Source of the DNA: Cycas panzhihuaensis
Lineage: Eukaryota > Plantae > Cycadophyta
Assembly (NCBI GenBank): GCA_023213395.1
Contig: CM041465.1
Location: 177,389,741-177,453,740 of the forward strand
Direction: 5' to 3'
DNA: 64,000 nt
Shown: one piece after another, positions 13,301 through 26,367 of the stretch
Layout: each line of letters begins with the position of its first letter
Numbering within the stretch: position 1 is the first letter of the stretch
Notes under the pieces: generated by a model
What the model was told of the DNA's origin: nothing
Seen by the model: only the letters and a program-made list of their open reading frames with translations
Databases searched by the model: none
Position numbers and translations under genes: made by a program

Positions 13301-15838
13301 TTTAGTTCAATATAGAGGTTCAACTGCTTGGTGATGACACTATCAAGGAAGTTTACTGATGCACCACCATCAATTAAGATTATGATAGGGGTCTTCCTTA
13401 TAGTCCTTTTTATGCATAACGGGTCATGACAGATAGAAGAGAAAATAACATATATAGAAGGTTTAGGTTCAAGTGGGGGAGGGGATTCCAAAAAGGGATC
13501 TCCTATAGTTTCGTATTCTAAATTAGAATTGGGGTTAATGGTGAGCATTGTTTTTCTAGCTTTATAAACTTGAGTGTGCTTATTGAACTACTTTTTTGTG
13601 CATTGGGTACAAAGGTCGACTGCCCTACACCTATTTGCCTCTAAAGTGGGGGCCCTTATCGATGTCATTTCTATTAGGGGATTTTTTGTTGATCATTTTA
13701 CTTGGTCTTTAGCTGGTTGTCCTATGTAGTTATCTGTTCTAAACTTCAGGGGCCTATAAGGATCAGATTGCCTTGGGCGACTAGACCATGCTAATTCCCT
13801 TCTAAAGTTGGTAGTTTGTTATGCTACAAACTTTGCTTCCACCACCTTAACTACATTAATAACATCCTATAGGTTGGGAGGAGAGATAGTATTAAGTCTA
13901 ATTTGTATCTGATCTTTTAGTCTAGTTATATAGGTTTTAATTAGTATTAACTTATCAAGATACTGAGTGACTCAATTCTAAAAGTCTTAAAATTCATTTG
14001 TATAAGCTTCCACTAAGGTAGATTATTTGAGCTTCATTAGATGATTCCAAGTTTCTTCATATTACTCAAAGAAACATTTGTAGAATATGTTCTATATTTG
14101 GTTTACATGGTATTCTTGGGCCTAATAGTTATACCAATGATGTGCTTTGCCCTCCAAGTGAATGGAAGCAAATGTTAAATTAATTAGTTGGGGACATTGG
14201 GTTGAGCAAGAAGTAGGAGTCTAACTTGCTAATCTAGGTGTGAGTAACATCTTTGTTGAGATCCAAATCAAAAATAGGTATATTAATTTTATGGTTGAAG
14301 GTTGTTTGGTGAACAAATAGAGGCTATGGAGCTCCACCTTGAGAGATGCTACCTTACGGAGTTTTAGATGTTGCTATTGAGGAGATACTAAAGGGTTGAA
14401 ATTGTTGTGATATGGTAATGATTTGCCCTGATAAGTCCGAAAGCCATGTTCCTAGCTTCTTATATAGTAATGTGACTTCTACTTCCAAAGTAGAAATATG
14501 CTTGCCTTGGTTAGTTGGTGCCATCACAGAAGAGGAAAAGAAAGGGATATGATAAAGTGGGATGTAATAAGAAGAAGAGGATAGTAGAAGTAGGAGAGAC
14601 TAGACAAAACTAATAGTTTTAAAGAAGTGGGGATGTATGAGAAAAGAGAATAAGAGACAGAAAAAAATAGGGGGTGCGGGATGTCAATAGACTATTAACC
14701 CTAAATGTTAAGTAAGAATATAGGATAGTGGGGCTCACAAGGTGCCTATGTGTTGTTTTCCCTAAGATTTGAAAGTTAAAACTAACCTAGTAAATCTTTA
14801 CTAGTACGACACACTAATTACAATGGGGTAGGTGAATTTTAATGTTTGTATTCAAGTTGATGGCTTAAGTATGGGTAAGTATAAAATTGCCTACAAAATC
14901 TAACCTAATACAAAATAACCAGCATAATGTGCTAATTGAAATAAGGTATATGAGTTTTAATGGTAAGTTTTTTTTTTTTTCTATCTCTTTTTTCTTCTTC
15001 TTCTTTTTTTTTTTTTTTTTTTAATTTAAATGTTGTGACTTAAGATTTGAATTAGAAAGTGGAGTAAGTGAAATAAGATGTAAATAATATAAGGTGGCCT
15101 ACCAAGCACTAGTTAAGGTATGCTTGGTCTTGTAGGCCTACAAATAAACTTCTTATGTAGAAGTTTAGGGTAAGTAGCTTTGTGGCACTAGCTACTAACC
15201 ACTATACTATAAGACTTTGATAGCTAGTAGATTGCTTATGTTAGGAAGGGCTCAAGACCTAAAAGGGTCCTTGTGTATACCCAAAGGTATGTGGAGGCAC
15301 AAATCCATAGCCAAGTTTTATCTAGGACTTAGTTCAAGAGTGCGATCTTTAATCCTTCACACAAGGGGTGGAAAATCCATAATATGCTTAGCCAGAATGA
15401 CAACTCCCTATAATGTTTAAAGACCCCCTAATATAGAGTCTCTACCTATCTACTTGGGTAGCCACTACATAGAGTCATCTACCTAAGAATACGGGGTGGA
15501 AGGGAGAAATGATAGCTATCAAGTAGATTTATCTACCCTTGGACTGATGAGTCTAGCACAAAACTTTAAATAAATAAACTGAACTAAAAATGAACATAAA
15601 GATAAAAAAAATTGAAGTGTCAAGCATTACTTAGGGGAAGAAATTTTCCTTCCCTCATGACTCATGAGTGGTGTTGTATTTATCCTTAATCTCTATGGAG
15701 AGAGTACTAAGAGAAGGTATTTCCTTGATCTCTACTTAGGTAGAGATAGTACTCGATCTAGTAGGAAAAAAATTCTTGATTTCTTTTATTTTTCATTGAG
15801 AAGCTTCCCACGATCATAAGCTTAGATCTGATACCACT

Positions 15839-16255
15839 TGGAACATACCTGATCTACAAGTTGTGCTTAAGGACACTTTAAGAAATACTTAAGAGCTTAA
15901 AAGGTTCCTTTATTGCAATTTCATAAAACACAAATACATCAATGGAGGCAAGAAAGCTTAATGATCACCAAAAGAGAATGTACTCTCATACAATCTCAAA
16001 TAGTAATAAGATAACATAAGTGTTTCATTTACAGATATTTAGCCTTATATAAGCAAAAATGACTGCTAACGCTAACATTCTATTGGTGGCTCCTTGAGCC
16101 CTCTAATCTCATTAGTGGAGGCATGTGGTTGGTGCACATGGATTAACAATTATCTTTAACCTTCTCTTCCTTAATCATGAAATTATGGTTTAGCCTTGAC
16201 CTTCTCTATGTGATTAGATGCTCTTATGCTACTAACATTGGAATGTTATGTAACA
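15839..16255 (-). repeat. 5' LTR of Gypsy J
   Basis: Adjacent to the PBS; repeat of 9778-10193. Confidence 0.9.
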
Positions 16256-16298
16256 TGGTTTATATGTCAGAATAAATGAAATAAATATTAAATGGGAG

Positions 16299-16619
16299 TG
16301 TTAATATTTAATATTTATTATGATTTATAACTCCAAAGTATGAGTCTCCTCTTTAATTTTTATATTTTAATAGTTATTAGATTTTTAATATTATATGAAT
16401 TGGTAAGTTTTTAGCGTTACATTAACAATCTCACTCATGTGTCAATCATTTTAGGATCAATATTCCATTTAGGTTTGTATAAAAGAACATATTATACATT
16501 GTAAAATGAATGAGAGAAATTAATGCAATGGGATTTAATTTTTATTTTATGAAATCATTAAGTCAATAGGTTAATCCACCCATTTAAGTTTTCTTCATGC
16601 ATGCTTGAAATTAATTATA
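16299..16619 (+). repeat. 3' LTR of Copia A
   Basis: Follows the PPT; homologous to 247-546 and 39390-39718. Confidence 0.85.
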
Positions 16620-17416
16620 ATTGTTCTCTTTCCACTTGATTAAATACTTGTGTGTGATTTGAGTAGACCTTATTCTCTAGAATGTCATTTAAAAAAGCAC
16701 TTATTACATCCATTTAGTGGATCTCTTACCTAAATTATATTGTTGTATTGACCAACAATCTAATCCTAGTCATATTGGCTATTGAAGAAAAGATTTCATC
16801 ACACTCTATATCTTAATCTGAGCATATTCTTTAGTGATAAATCTAAGTTTGTACTTGTATATAGAACCCTTTAGGAAAAGCTTAAGTTTACAAATATATC
16901 TATATCCAATTAAACTTCTACTAATAGGAAGTATGAACAAGTCCTATGCATTATTTTTTATTATGGAGCTATACTTTCTCTTCTATAGCCTTTCATCACT
17001 CAACTTACTTAATTGTTTCCTTAAAGGAGTTTGGATCTTTTAATCTCAAAATATTGGACATAAAGGTAGAGTATGGTTCTTGCCTTTTTTATACTTATCT
17101 TCATCCCTTCATTAATATCGATCTTCCCAATAAGCAAGTCTTTAATCATTTACTTGTACCACTTGGGTAATTTAAGAAAGGACCCTTGTGAAGTTTCAAC
17201 TTACTATAGATTTTGAGGTTTATGACTTTATGCTTTTGCACTTTATCCCCTCAAACTAGATTTAGGTATATCAATATTGATACTTTGAGTTTTTTCTTTA
17301 ATTTTACCTTAAACCTTATCATTTTTATATTAATAAAAAGTAACATGCCTACTAATTATGATTTTTTTTTGTTAGATCTATTAGCTTGTAAGACTTGGGT
17401 GCATCATTGTATCTAA

Positions 17417-17483
<67 letters not shown>

Positions 17484-18000
17484 CTTTTGTCATCTAACTT
17501 CTTTCTTTGCTCCATAGGAATGTGAGTATGTGCAATTCTCCCAAAAACTCTCAAGTGACTAACGCATGGCTTTAATCCAGTTCATGCTTTCTTAGGTCTT
17601 ATGTCCCTATCTACTTTGGTGGAACACTTATTCAGGAGGTAAACTACTATGGTAATTGCTTCATTCTAATAATCAAGATAAAGGCCTTTGGCTTTGAACA
17701 TACATTTGCCATCCCCACAATAGTCTCATTCTTTCTCTCTATAATACCATTCTACTATGGTATATATGTAGTAGTAAATTGTCTCTTGGTGTTTTCTTCT
17801 TTTTAAAATTAGAAGAACTTAGTGGATTCACATTCTCCATTACTATCACTTCTCAAGGTTTTGATTTTCAAACTTAAGAAATATACATGCTCCTTTAAAC
17901 TACTTGAAAAAATGAAATGTTTGTGATTTTAAAAAATAAATCTATATTTTCTTCATAAGTCGTCTATAAAAGTCTTGAAGTAATATGCCCCTCTAAAGGA
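16620..18000 (-). mobile_element. Copia H continued: RT N-terminus and integrase relic
   Basis: Minus strand MDVISAFLN and SHLRVFGRIAHTHIPMEQRKKLDDKS, plus integrase-core FIDD and LRSDSNGE motifs. Confidence 0.8.
17421..17480. repeat. (TA)30 microsatellite
   Basis: Perfect dinucleotide run. Confidence 0.97.
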
Positions 18001-19919
18001 TCGAGAGTGTTTGGCACACCTCTCAAGGTCCACCACCTCCTAACATTGACAAATATTAGAGAAAGTGCCACCATATGAAAATATAAGATATCGCCCCAAA
18101 GTGGGAATTATCCTAATATTTCTCCTCCATAATGCTTATTTGGGAAGACCCCAAGCTTATCTTGAATTTGATAAATTTTATTTTGTTGAGTACCTTTGTA
18201 AAGATATTTGTGACTTAATCCTTTATGCTTAAAATATACCAACTCACCTTGCTACAGTAGCTCTTTAATGAAGTGATATTGTGTTTCTATGTATTTAGTC
18301 CTATTATGAAACACTAGATTCTTAGTCATCTAAAATGGTACTTTGATTATCACAAAATAGCTATATGAGACTAATATGTTTCTCATATAAATTCTAAAGC
18401 AATCTTTTAAACCAAACTATCTCATAAGCTCCTACTATAGTTCCTTTATATTTTACTTTAACAATAGATAAAGATATTGTTGCATGATTCTTTGAACTCT
18501 ATGCTATTATTGTTGAACCCAAACTAAATGTATAACCCAAGCTAGACTTCATATCATCTACACAACTTTCCTAGTCTGAGTTTGTGTAACTAATCAACCT
18601 GTAATCCTCTGATGACCTGTAATGTAGACCATACCCAATAGTTCCTCTAAAATACTTGAGAATTCTTTTGGCTTCTTACTAATGTTTTACCTTAGACTCA
18701 TACATATACTTCGAAACCACACTAACTATATACATAATGTCTAGTCTAGTTAAAATTAAATAAATATGGCTTTTAATCAATAGCTTATAAAGTATAGGAT
18801 TAACTGATTTAAACTCCTCAAACTTAAACAATTTTAATCCAACTTCTATTGGTGTTATAAGTGGCTTACAACTAAATTTTCTAAATTTATACAATATATC
18901 CAATGTATATTTCTTCTATGACATAAATATCCTCTTTTCGTCTTACCATACTTCAATGCCTAAGAAATATTACATAAGTTATAAATCTATCATTTCAAAC
19001 CCTTTACACATATTTTTCTTAAATTTTTGGGATAAGTAATCATAATTCTCAGTATATACTCTAGGTCATTCACATATAATCCCATAATTAATATTAATCT
19101 TTCTTCTAACTTTATGTATAAGTTAGGGCTTGATTGGCTCCTTAAGAATCCTTTACCCTTAAAGCACTTATCAATCCTAGAGTACCATGCTTTAGGTGCT
19201 AATTTGAGTCAATAAAGGCCTTTTTGAGTCTATATACCTTGTATTCCTTTCCCTTCACTTCAAAACCCTTAGGTTGTTTGATATATATCTATTCATTGAT
19301 ATATCTATTCAAAAATGCATTCTTCACATCAATGTAATAGATTGTCCAACCTTGTTGTGCAACTAAGACCATGATTAATTTGATTATTTTTAGCCTTTCA
19401 AATAGTGTAAATATTTTATTATAGTCTATGCCTTCAACTTGAACATATCTCCTTACAACTAATCATGCTTTACACTTATCAATTGAACTATCTGACTTGT
19501 ACTTGGTTTTGTAGACCTATTTTATTCTTAATGACATCCTTTCTTGGTGGCAAATCAACTAACTCCCAAGTGTTATTCTTCACTAAAGTATTATATTCTT
19601 CCTCTATTCCTTCTTTCAATTCATCTTGGCTATTTGCCTCTTCAAAATTTTGAGGTTCATTTGACTCCATAACTTGAATCATAAGTTTAAAATTTACCTT
19701 TTAATATCTAGTTATCATTTTTTCAAAGTTAGTATCTTTTTGTGTCCATTTTGGAACCTTTTGATTTGAAGTTGATGGACTTGCTTTAATTGTATTAGGT
19801 ATATTTATACCATTTAAGTTAGGTTCTACATCAACTATAATATTTTTATCTTTATCTTTTTCAATAACTTTTTTTTAATAGAATTCATCTTCATTGAAGA
19901 TGACATCCCTACTCATGAT

Positions 19920-20368
19920 TGTTAAATAATGTCTAATGTTCTCTTTTAATACTACTTTATGTAACTTTATTATTGTAAGAATAGTTGAAAAGAGTAGTTA
20001 CCTTTTCAACAAACCTCTCTACCTATTTATTCTCCTAGATTCTAGGAAGAGAAAAAAGAATGAAGAACAAAATGTAATATTTTAGTCAATGCTGTATGGA
20101 GACGATTATGAGGCTGCAAACATGGTCAACTATGCACATTCTCAATTTTAGAGAGAGAGGATGAGATCCTACTCTATCTGTAATGTATAATCCATTTATT
20201 TATTAATATATTTATATTTTGAGGTGGTTTTCTTAATCCCCATTAGGGGGTTTTTTCCACCTGTCCAATATCTGTAAGCATTTGTATGATTATTATTTTT
20301 CTTGTAAATTATTTGAAGCAAATTACTTATTCTGTTAACATTTAATCAAATATTCCCTTTCTCTATCA
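19920..20368 (+). repeat. 5' LTR of Copia C
   Basis: tgtta...tatca, followed by the PBS. Confidence 0.92.
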
Positions 20369-23300
20369 TGGTATCATAGCAGGGTAGTTAACACATTTAA
20401 AATAACAAAAACTTATAATTTTTTCTATTATATAGCTAACACCAAATTTTTTTACATCTGTCTTGTAAGTCTGGCCTACTAAGATTACATACCGTCAAAT
20501 GTAAAATATCTATGAGGATATTATACAAAAATGGGTTGATAAACCCTCTCTCAAATAGATTTTATGAAGACTACTGAGATAAAACCCTAGTAAAGGAAAA
20601 ATCCTTTATCCAGCACAGAAAATTACTTGGAATCACTTGCTGTAGCCTGGAGGAGATCTTTACAAGACAAGCCATCCATGTGAAGTAGAAACCTCCAACA
20701 TAACTTCATACTACAAGGACCAAAGAAATCATCCAAGTTCTGTGATGAGACAAAACCCTGACTAAAACTAAAGAGTGTCATTAATCAATACTAAGAGTAC
20801 AAGTAAAGATGCCAAGAACACATATGAGATGCCAATAGAATAAGTAAGACACCAAGAACATAGTTGAGACGTCAAGACTGTAGATGAGATGCCAAGACAT
20901 CAAGATCACTGATAAAGATGCCAAGAAGCACCTATGAAGATGCGAAGAATGATCTGGTCACTAGTAAGTAATAAATACCCTTCTCAAACTTATACAAGCT
21001 ACACGGGATTCTAGTATACCCCAAAATTAGTCGATGCCACTGTAATTTGCACAAACTATATAAACGGGAATCCAACATAACCCATACCATCTATCATCGC
21101 CTCAAATCTTCAAAAACTACACGAACGGGAGCCAAGAATATGCTGCAGTCTGCGTGTATGAGTGAAATGAACCCTAGGTCATACTCCAATGAAACCCATT
21201 AAACATTAGTTTAATTTTTGGTTAGATCTAACTCCTTAATTAAATAATAAGAAAATCACTGTTATTTTAAAAATAGAACCCCCCCCCCCCTTTATTAATA
21301 ATTTTGAACCCTCTCCTTTAATAATAATCCCCTTTAATCTTTAATAAATGTAATTTCTTCCTCAATTACTTTTAAAATAATTTTTCCTTATTTAAACATA
21401 AGAACTTGCTTAATCCTTCATAAACACACCTTAGTTAATTGATTTCTAGATACCCTTCCTTAATCATATTTTTAATTTAGAAGGGTAAAACTTAAAGTTT
21501 TTCATATTTTTTAATGTTTGATCTAACTTAAAGTTATTATTAAGCCTCCCCCACCCTCCCCCCCCCATTGACCCTCACCCTGATCATTTAGGCCTCTTAA
21601 ATAACTCAGTCTAAGTAGACAAAGGGGTTAAACCCTTATTCAAATTTATTTTATTATTATTTTTTATTATTTTCTTCAAAGGGTGTACCAGTGTACTTTT
21701 AATTATAACTTTCTCATACAGAGTCATAATTTCATTCTGAAAGAAACATCAGTTTCCTAACTTAGAAATAGACTGTTTAGTTGGTCTTTCAATTTTTTTA
21801 ACATCATTTTGACCTAAAGATCTTTGCTCCAAATCTAGTCTTCTAATCAACCTGGTAAGATCAGGTACATGCTCCAAATTTATAATTTTTTCTCTCATAC
21901 TTTCTTAAAATACTTATCATAATGTTATTATGTCATTTCATGCAAATACTCAAATTAATGATTTAATTCTTTAATTGTAGTTATTATTGCAGTTTAATTA
22001 TTAATTGTTCAATGATTTTATGTGTTGAATTATTATTGTAATCTACTTCATCTTCACCTACAACCCAAATCTCTTTCCTTAAGAAGTTTTAAAATTATTG
22101 GGTTTTCAATATGGCTCTTATGCTAGGAACAACCTCCTATGTACAAATTCTGGTATTAACCGGCTCTAATTATGTCGACTAGAAAAATAGAATATCCAAT
22201 CAGCTTAAACAACAAAAGATATAATGATATGTCATAGGTGAGTTTCCAAAACCTAAAGATAAAACATCATAAGCTTATATAGTTTATCTCATGAACTGTG
22301 ATGGAGCTCTAGGGACCATCCTATCCTCCCTCTACCTAGACATTAGCAGGAAGTTCTTTGAAACAAATGATCTAGCTACTGTCTAGAAAACCCTTAAGAA
22401 AAAGTACGATAATATTGATACACAATAATCAACTGCATTAGAATAGTAAATGTATGATTTAAATTATGAAGATTTTTCTAAAGTTGATTTTTTTTTTCTT
22501 CTAAACTTTAACTCATTAACAAAGACCTAGTAAATTGTATTAAATCTTCTACAAAAGTAGGTGATAAATAAGTTATTGTGACACATGTAAAAGACGACAA
22601 TACACTTGTCTCTCTTATAATTAATAAACTGCCAAAATAGTTTAATCTCTTCAAAATCACTAGGCAACAGGCATGACATCCACCAATTACTTTTGATTAA
22701 TTAACGAATCAACTTATCGAATATCAAAATATGTTGATTTAGACTGGAAAATTAAAAGATCCTTCACAGACTTTTTTTCCAAGTCACAATCATTTTCTAA
22801 GTCTAAACATCAAAATAACTATCAAAATAGTCATCATTATCATCCTAAATTCTGAAAACCTCATAAAGGTTCATCTACTCAAAATAATTCTCATTATAAT
22901 GGTAAGTATTCTGGATTTCCTAAATCTCAGAATACCTTTAATCAAATATTTCCAAAAAGGAATACTGTGAATACTAATCCTAATCAGAACATCAACTATG
23001 CTTATTGTCATAAAAAGGGATACACCATTGATGTTTGTAGAAATATAGTTGCCTTTGAAGTCTAGAAAGCTTCTAAGGGGATCCAATCTCGATCCAACAA
23101 TTCTCATCACTCTTTAACTGCTTCTACAATATCTCTTTCAGCACCAGCCACTCAACTACCCTTGTGGATTCTTGATTCAGGTGCTTCCCATCACATGACA
23201 GGACACCAAGACTATCTCAATCCATATCAACTTGATTCAAGCTCTGAAGAAGAGATTTCTTTTGAGAGTGGAACCCAACTCAAAGTCAAAGAATTGGGTG

Positions 23301-23547
23301 ATGTTATATTAAAAGATGGATTAATTAACGATGTATTCTACATTCTTGGCTTATTACCTAATTTTCTTTCAGTATATCAAATCTACCAGAAAGATCTTGT
23401 CATAGAATTATGGAAATATAAGTTTATTATCAAATAACCATTAAATAGGTTTAAACCAATTGCCTCAGGACTTGAAGATCACAAAATAGGTCTTTACAGC
23501 TTCACACACCTCTAACATTCTAAATCCAAAACTTTTAGTACCTTTAT

Positions 23548-23964
23548 TGTTGGAGTTAATCATCACCACTCCACTCCCACCTTTCCAACTAGGATTGTAC
23601 ACCTCATCAACTTCAATTTAGACATGTGATGCTCAACATGTCAAGGTAAGTTAAGGTAAGTTTAACTTTGATTTATGTTAATTTGAGTTAGTTTTATTTG
23701 AGTTAAGTTGATATTATTTTATTATTATTTTAAATTCAGGAGTTGAGGAGTTTCTCTCCTCCCCCCAAATTATAAATATTGAGGGGTGTGCAACCCTGGT
23801 GTCTTTAGACACAGCCCTCATTTGGGAAATTTATAACTCTCTTCACTACAATGGAATGATTACAATGGATTTTCAGTTTATGCTACATTGATGTATAGCA
23901 ATATTGAGCTATGCGATTCTATTCTATGTTTTACCCTATTCTCCTATAAAATATTTTTCCTACA
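23548..23964 (+). repeat. 5' LTR of element D
   Basis: tgttgg...cctaca; repeat of 28671-29065. Confidence 0.92.
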
Positions 23965-25474
23965 TTTAGTATCAGAGCAGGCGATTGCTGATATGTGAAA
24001 TTTTTCGTGAAGAAGAAAAGAGATTTACTCGTATTTGAAGCTGATTTGCTCACATAAACAAATATTTAGTTACATTCTTTTTTCTGCAAGTTTTGATCAT
24101 TATTGAGTTATATTGGTGATATAACAAATATTTTTTAGGTTTATTTTTAGATTTGTGCAGATCTACACAGGATTTCAGTAGTAAGTTATATTTGCTTAAG
24201 TTTTTTCTTAAATTTGAGCTATATTTCTTTAGTTCTATATATTTTATCTTATATTTCATCATTATTTTAGTAGTAAGTTATATATATTTAAGTTTTTTCT
24301 CATATTTGAGTTATTTTTTTAAATCTACTACATTTCACTTTAGATCCGCTACATAGTCTACAGATCTGCTTATTTCAGCAGTTATTTGACCATTTCTCTA
24401 GGATACTCATTTAGATCTACAATATTTGGCTATAGATCTGCTATACTCACGTCAGATCTGCAATATTTAGCTTAAAATCTGTAATATTTTCTCAAGTTTT
24501 CTTTAGATTTATTATGTTCTCTTTTAGATCTATATCTTTTCATCATATATTTGATGATATTTTTTTAAGTTTGTTACAGATTTACAGTTATTTTTTGGTA
24601 TATTCAACCTTCTGGAAAAGTTTAAACAACAGATCTCACTTCTGTAAGTCAACTACAACCACATTTACCAAGTTCTTCAGTTATTTTTTCAATTTTAAAC
24701 ACATATTTTTTATACATTTGCTGCAATATATTTGAAAAGATTTCAGATACGTGTACATGCATCTTATTTGCTTGATATATTTCTGTCAAAATATTTGAGA
24801 TCTTTTATTTTCATTTGTGCTCTATTGAATCAACAAAAAAATTTCAACAATTTTCATGTTTTTTATACAAAAATATCTATATATATATTTTAAAATATTC
24901 TTCGTAGTCATTGGCTCATATCCAAACACTCAACATATGTTTGAAATATTTTTTCATAGTATACAAATTGTATGAACACTATTCCTGTTCAACAAAAAAA
25001 CTCAACATTGTTTTCATATTTTCTTTGTACAAATATATGATTTTTTGAAATAATACATTCTTTACAAAAAGAATACAATATTCCACACATTACATAGACG
25101 AAGATTTGGGATTTAGCCATCTACATTCCAAATCTCCTACTAAAATTTTAAATACTCAACAGTACACAGGGCACTTTATCAATATTTTTTTATTACAGTC
25201 ATTGCTTCCCACTTGAGTCATAGTGATAGGAATCTCAAGCTTCATTACTGCTTGCATGACTTGGATATGACTGCTTTCAACTTTTTGCATATTAAGCAAA
25301 TTTTTAGAGAATCACTACCTAAAGCTAGCTCCACCTACTGAGTTATCACCCAGGTTGCAACATTGAATATGTAACATAATCACAAAGAGAAAATTCTTTG
25401 AGTCATTCGCTGAAGGTTTGGCTTCACACCATAGTCTTTGGTCGGGTTTCACCCCTAATGAACCCTGGACATTG

Positions 25475-26367
25475 CTTGGTCCTCCAAAGAGGTCACGCAC
25501 ACAAGATGCTCCCATACCAACATATAGTTCAATAAACTCACTTGCTGAACAACTTATGAAAGGAACATTGGCTTCCCCAGCTACTACCTTTGCTAGAAGA
25601 GTCTTTCCTATCCCAAGCAGCCCAACTAGGAGGACTCCTTAGGGAGGACGAACACCGAGGCGTGCATACCTATCTGGGTTTTGTAGAAATTCAACAATTT
25701 CTTCAAGCTCCTCCTTTGCTTCATCAACTCCTGCAACATCAGCAAACATCACAATATCTCCATGATTGCCAGATTTTGATCTGCTAGAGCCCCTAGCCTT
25801 ACGGTTTCTCAGGTGACCAGTTAAATGTTGTGTAAATTTCATTGGAAATCGATTAAGAAGACTAGCAACCAAAGTAATATATAGAAGTGTGACAGTAATA
25901 GAGCGTTCTATAGCTTGTATAAAATCCTCCTTTCCCACCACTAGCTTGTTTGCTCGCCCTTCCAACAGAGCAGCTTCATTCACCAGATTTGCCAGGTCTA
26001 CCCCTGTGAAACTAGTAGTATCAATAGCAATCACATTTAAGTCCACGTCTGCAGCCAACATAAGTTGTTTTTTAGAAATATACACTTGTAAAATAGCTTC
26101 TCTGCCATGCCTATCAAGAGGCTCCACCATAACAATCTAGTTAAAATGACCAGGCCGATGAAGTGCTGGATCTAAAACATCTGCCTTGTTGGTTGCTCCA
26201 AGTACAATCACTGCTGAATTGTTGTCAAAACCATCCATCTTAATAAGCAACTGATTCAAGGTCTGCTCTCGTTCATCATTGCTAACAATACGAAGTCTAC
26301 CATTACGACTTTTAGCCACGACATCAATCTCATCAATGAAAATAATTGATGGTGCATCCTTCTTGGT
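25475..26367 (-). pseudogene. FTSH9: Intronless, circularly permuted FtsH7/FtsH9-type AAA+ protease fragment (candidate circRNA retrocopy)
   Basis: One reading frame with two internal stops: [15 protein letters not shown]...[18 protein letters not shown]...DFIQAIERSIT|VTLLYITLVASLLNRFP...FADVAGVDEAKEELEEIVEFL...GIGKTLLAK...[11 protein letters not shown]. Walker B/SRH comes before Walker A. FtsH7 versus FtsH9 is not resolvable here. Confidence 0.93.

Larger units (their letters stand above)
9778..16255 (-). mobile_element. Ty3/Gypsy chromovirus J (Reina-like), full-length and decayed
   Basis: LTRs 9778-10193 and 15839-16255; perfect TSD tggtt; PBS rc tggtatcagatc 15825-15836; PPT at 10194. 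Contains gag, protease IDGGASVNF (13177-13548), RT, partly deleted RNase H, integrase and chromodomain. Confidence 0.92.
247..16619 (+). mobile_element. Ty1/Copia element A, full-length and decayed, inserted into the RT of H; contains nested B and J
   Basis: Similar LTRs at 247-546 and 16299-16619, degenerate PBS tggcacttaagag at 547, and PPT aaatgggag before 16299. Domain order is gag-PR-INT-RT-RH. The host RT is contiguous across both flanks. The TSD is degenerate (left aata; right attg, aatg in the duplicate copy). Confidence 0.85.

Noticed and set aside
20800-21150. Spaced short repeats (gatgccaaga; caaacta...cggga) resembling a CRISPR array
   Set aside because: Irregular, degenerate repeats in a Copia leader in eukaryotic DNA; no cas genes.
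24050-24735. Hydrophobic F/Y/I-rich ORFs as env-like or membrane proteins
   Set aside because: Low-complexity T-rich leader with repeated agatct motifs; no recognisable domain.
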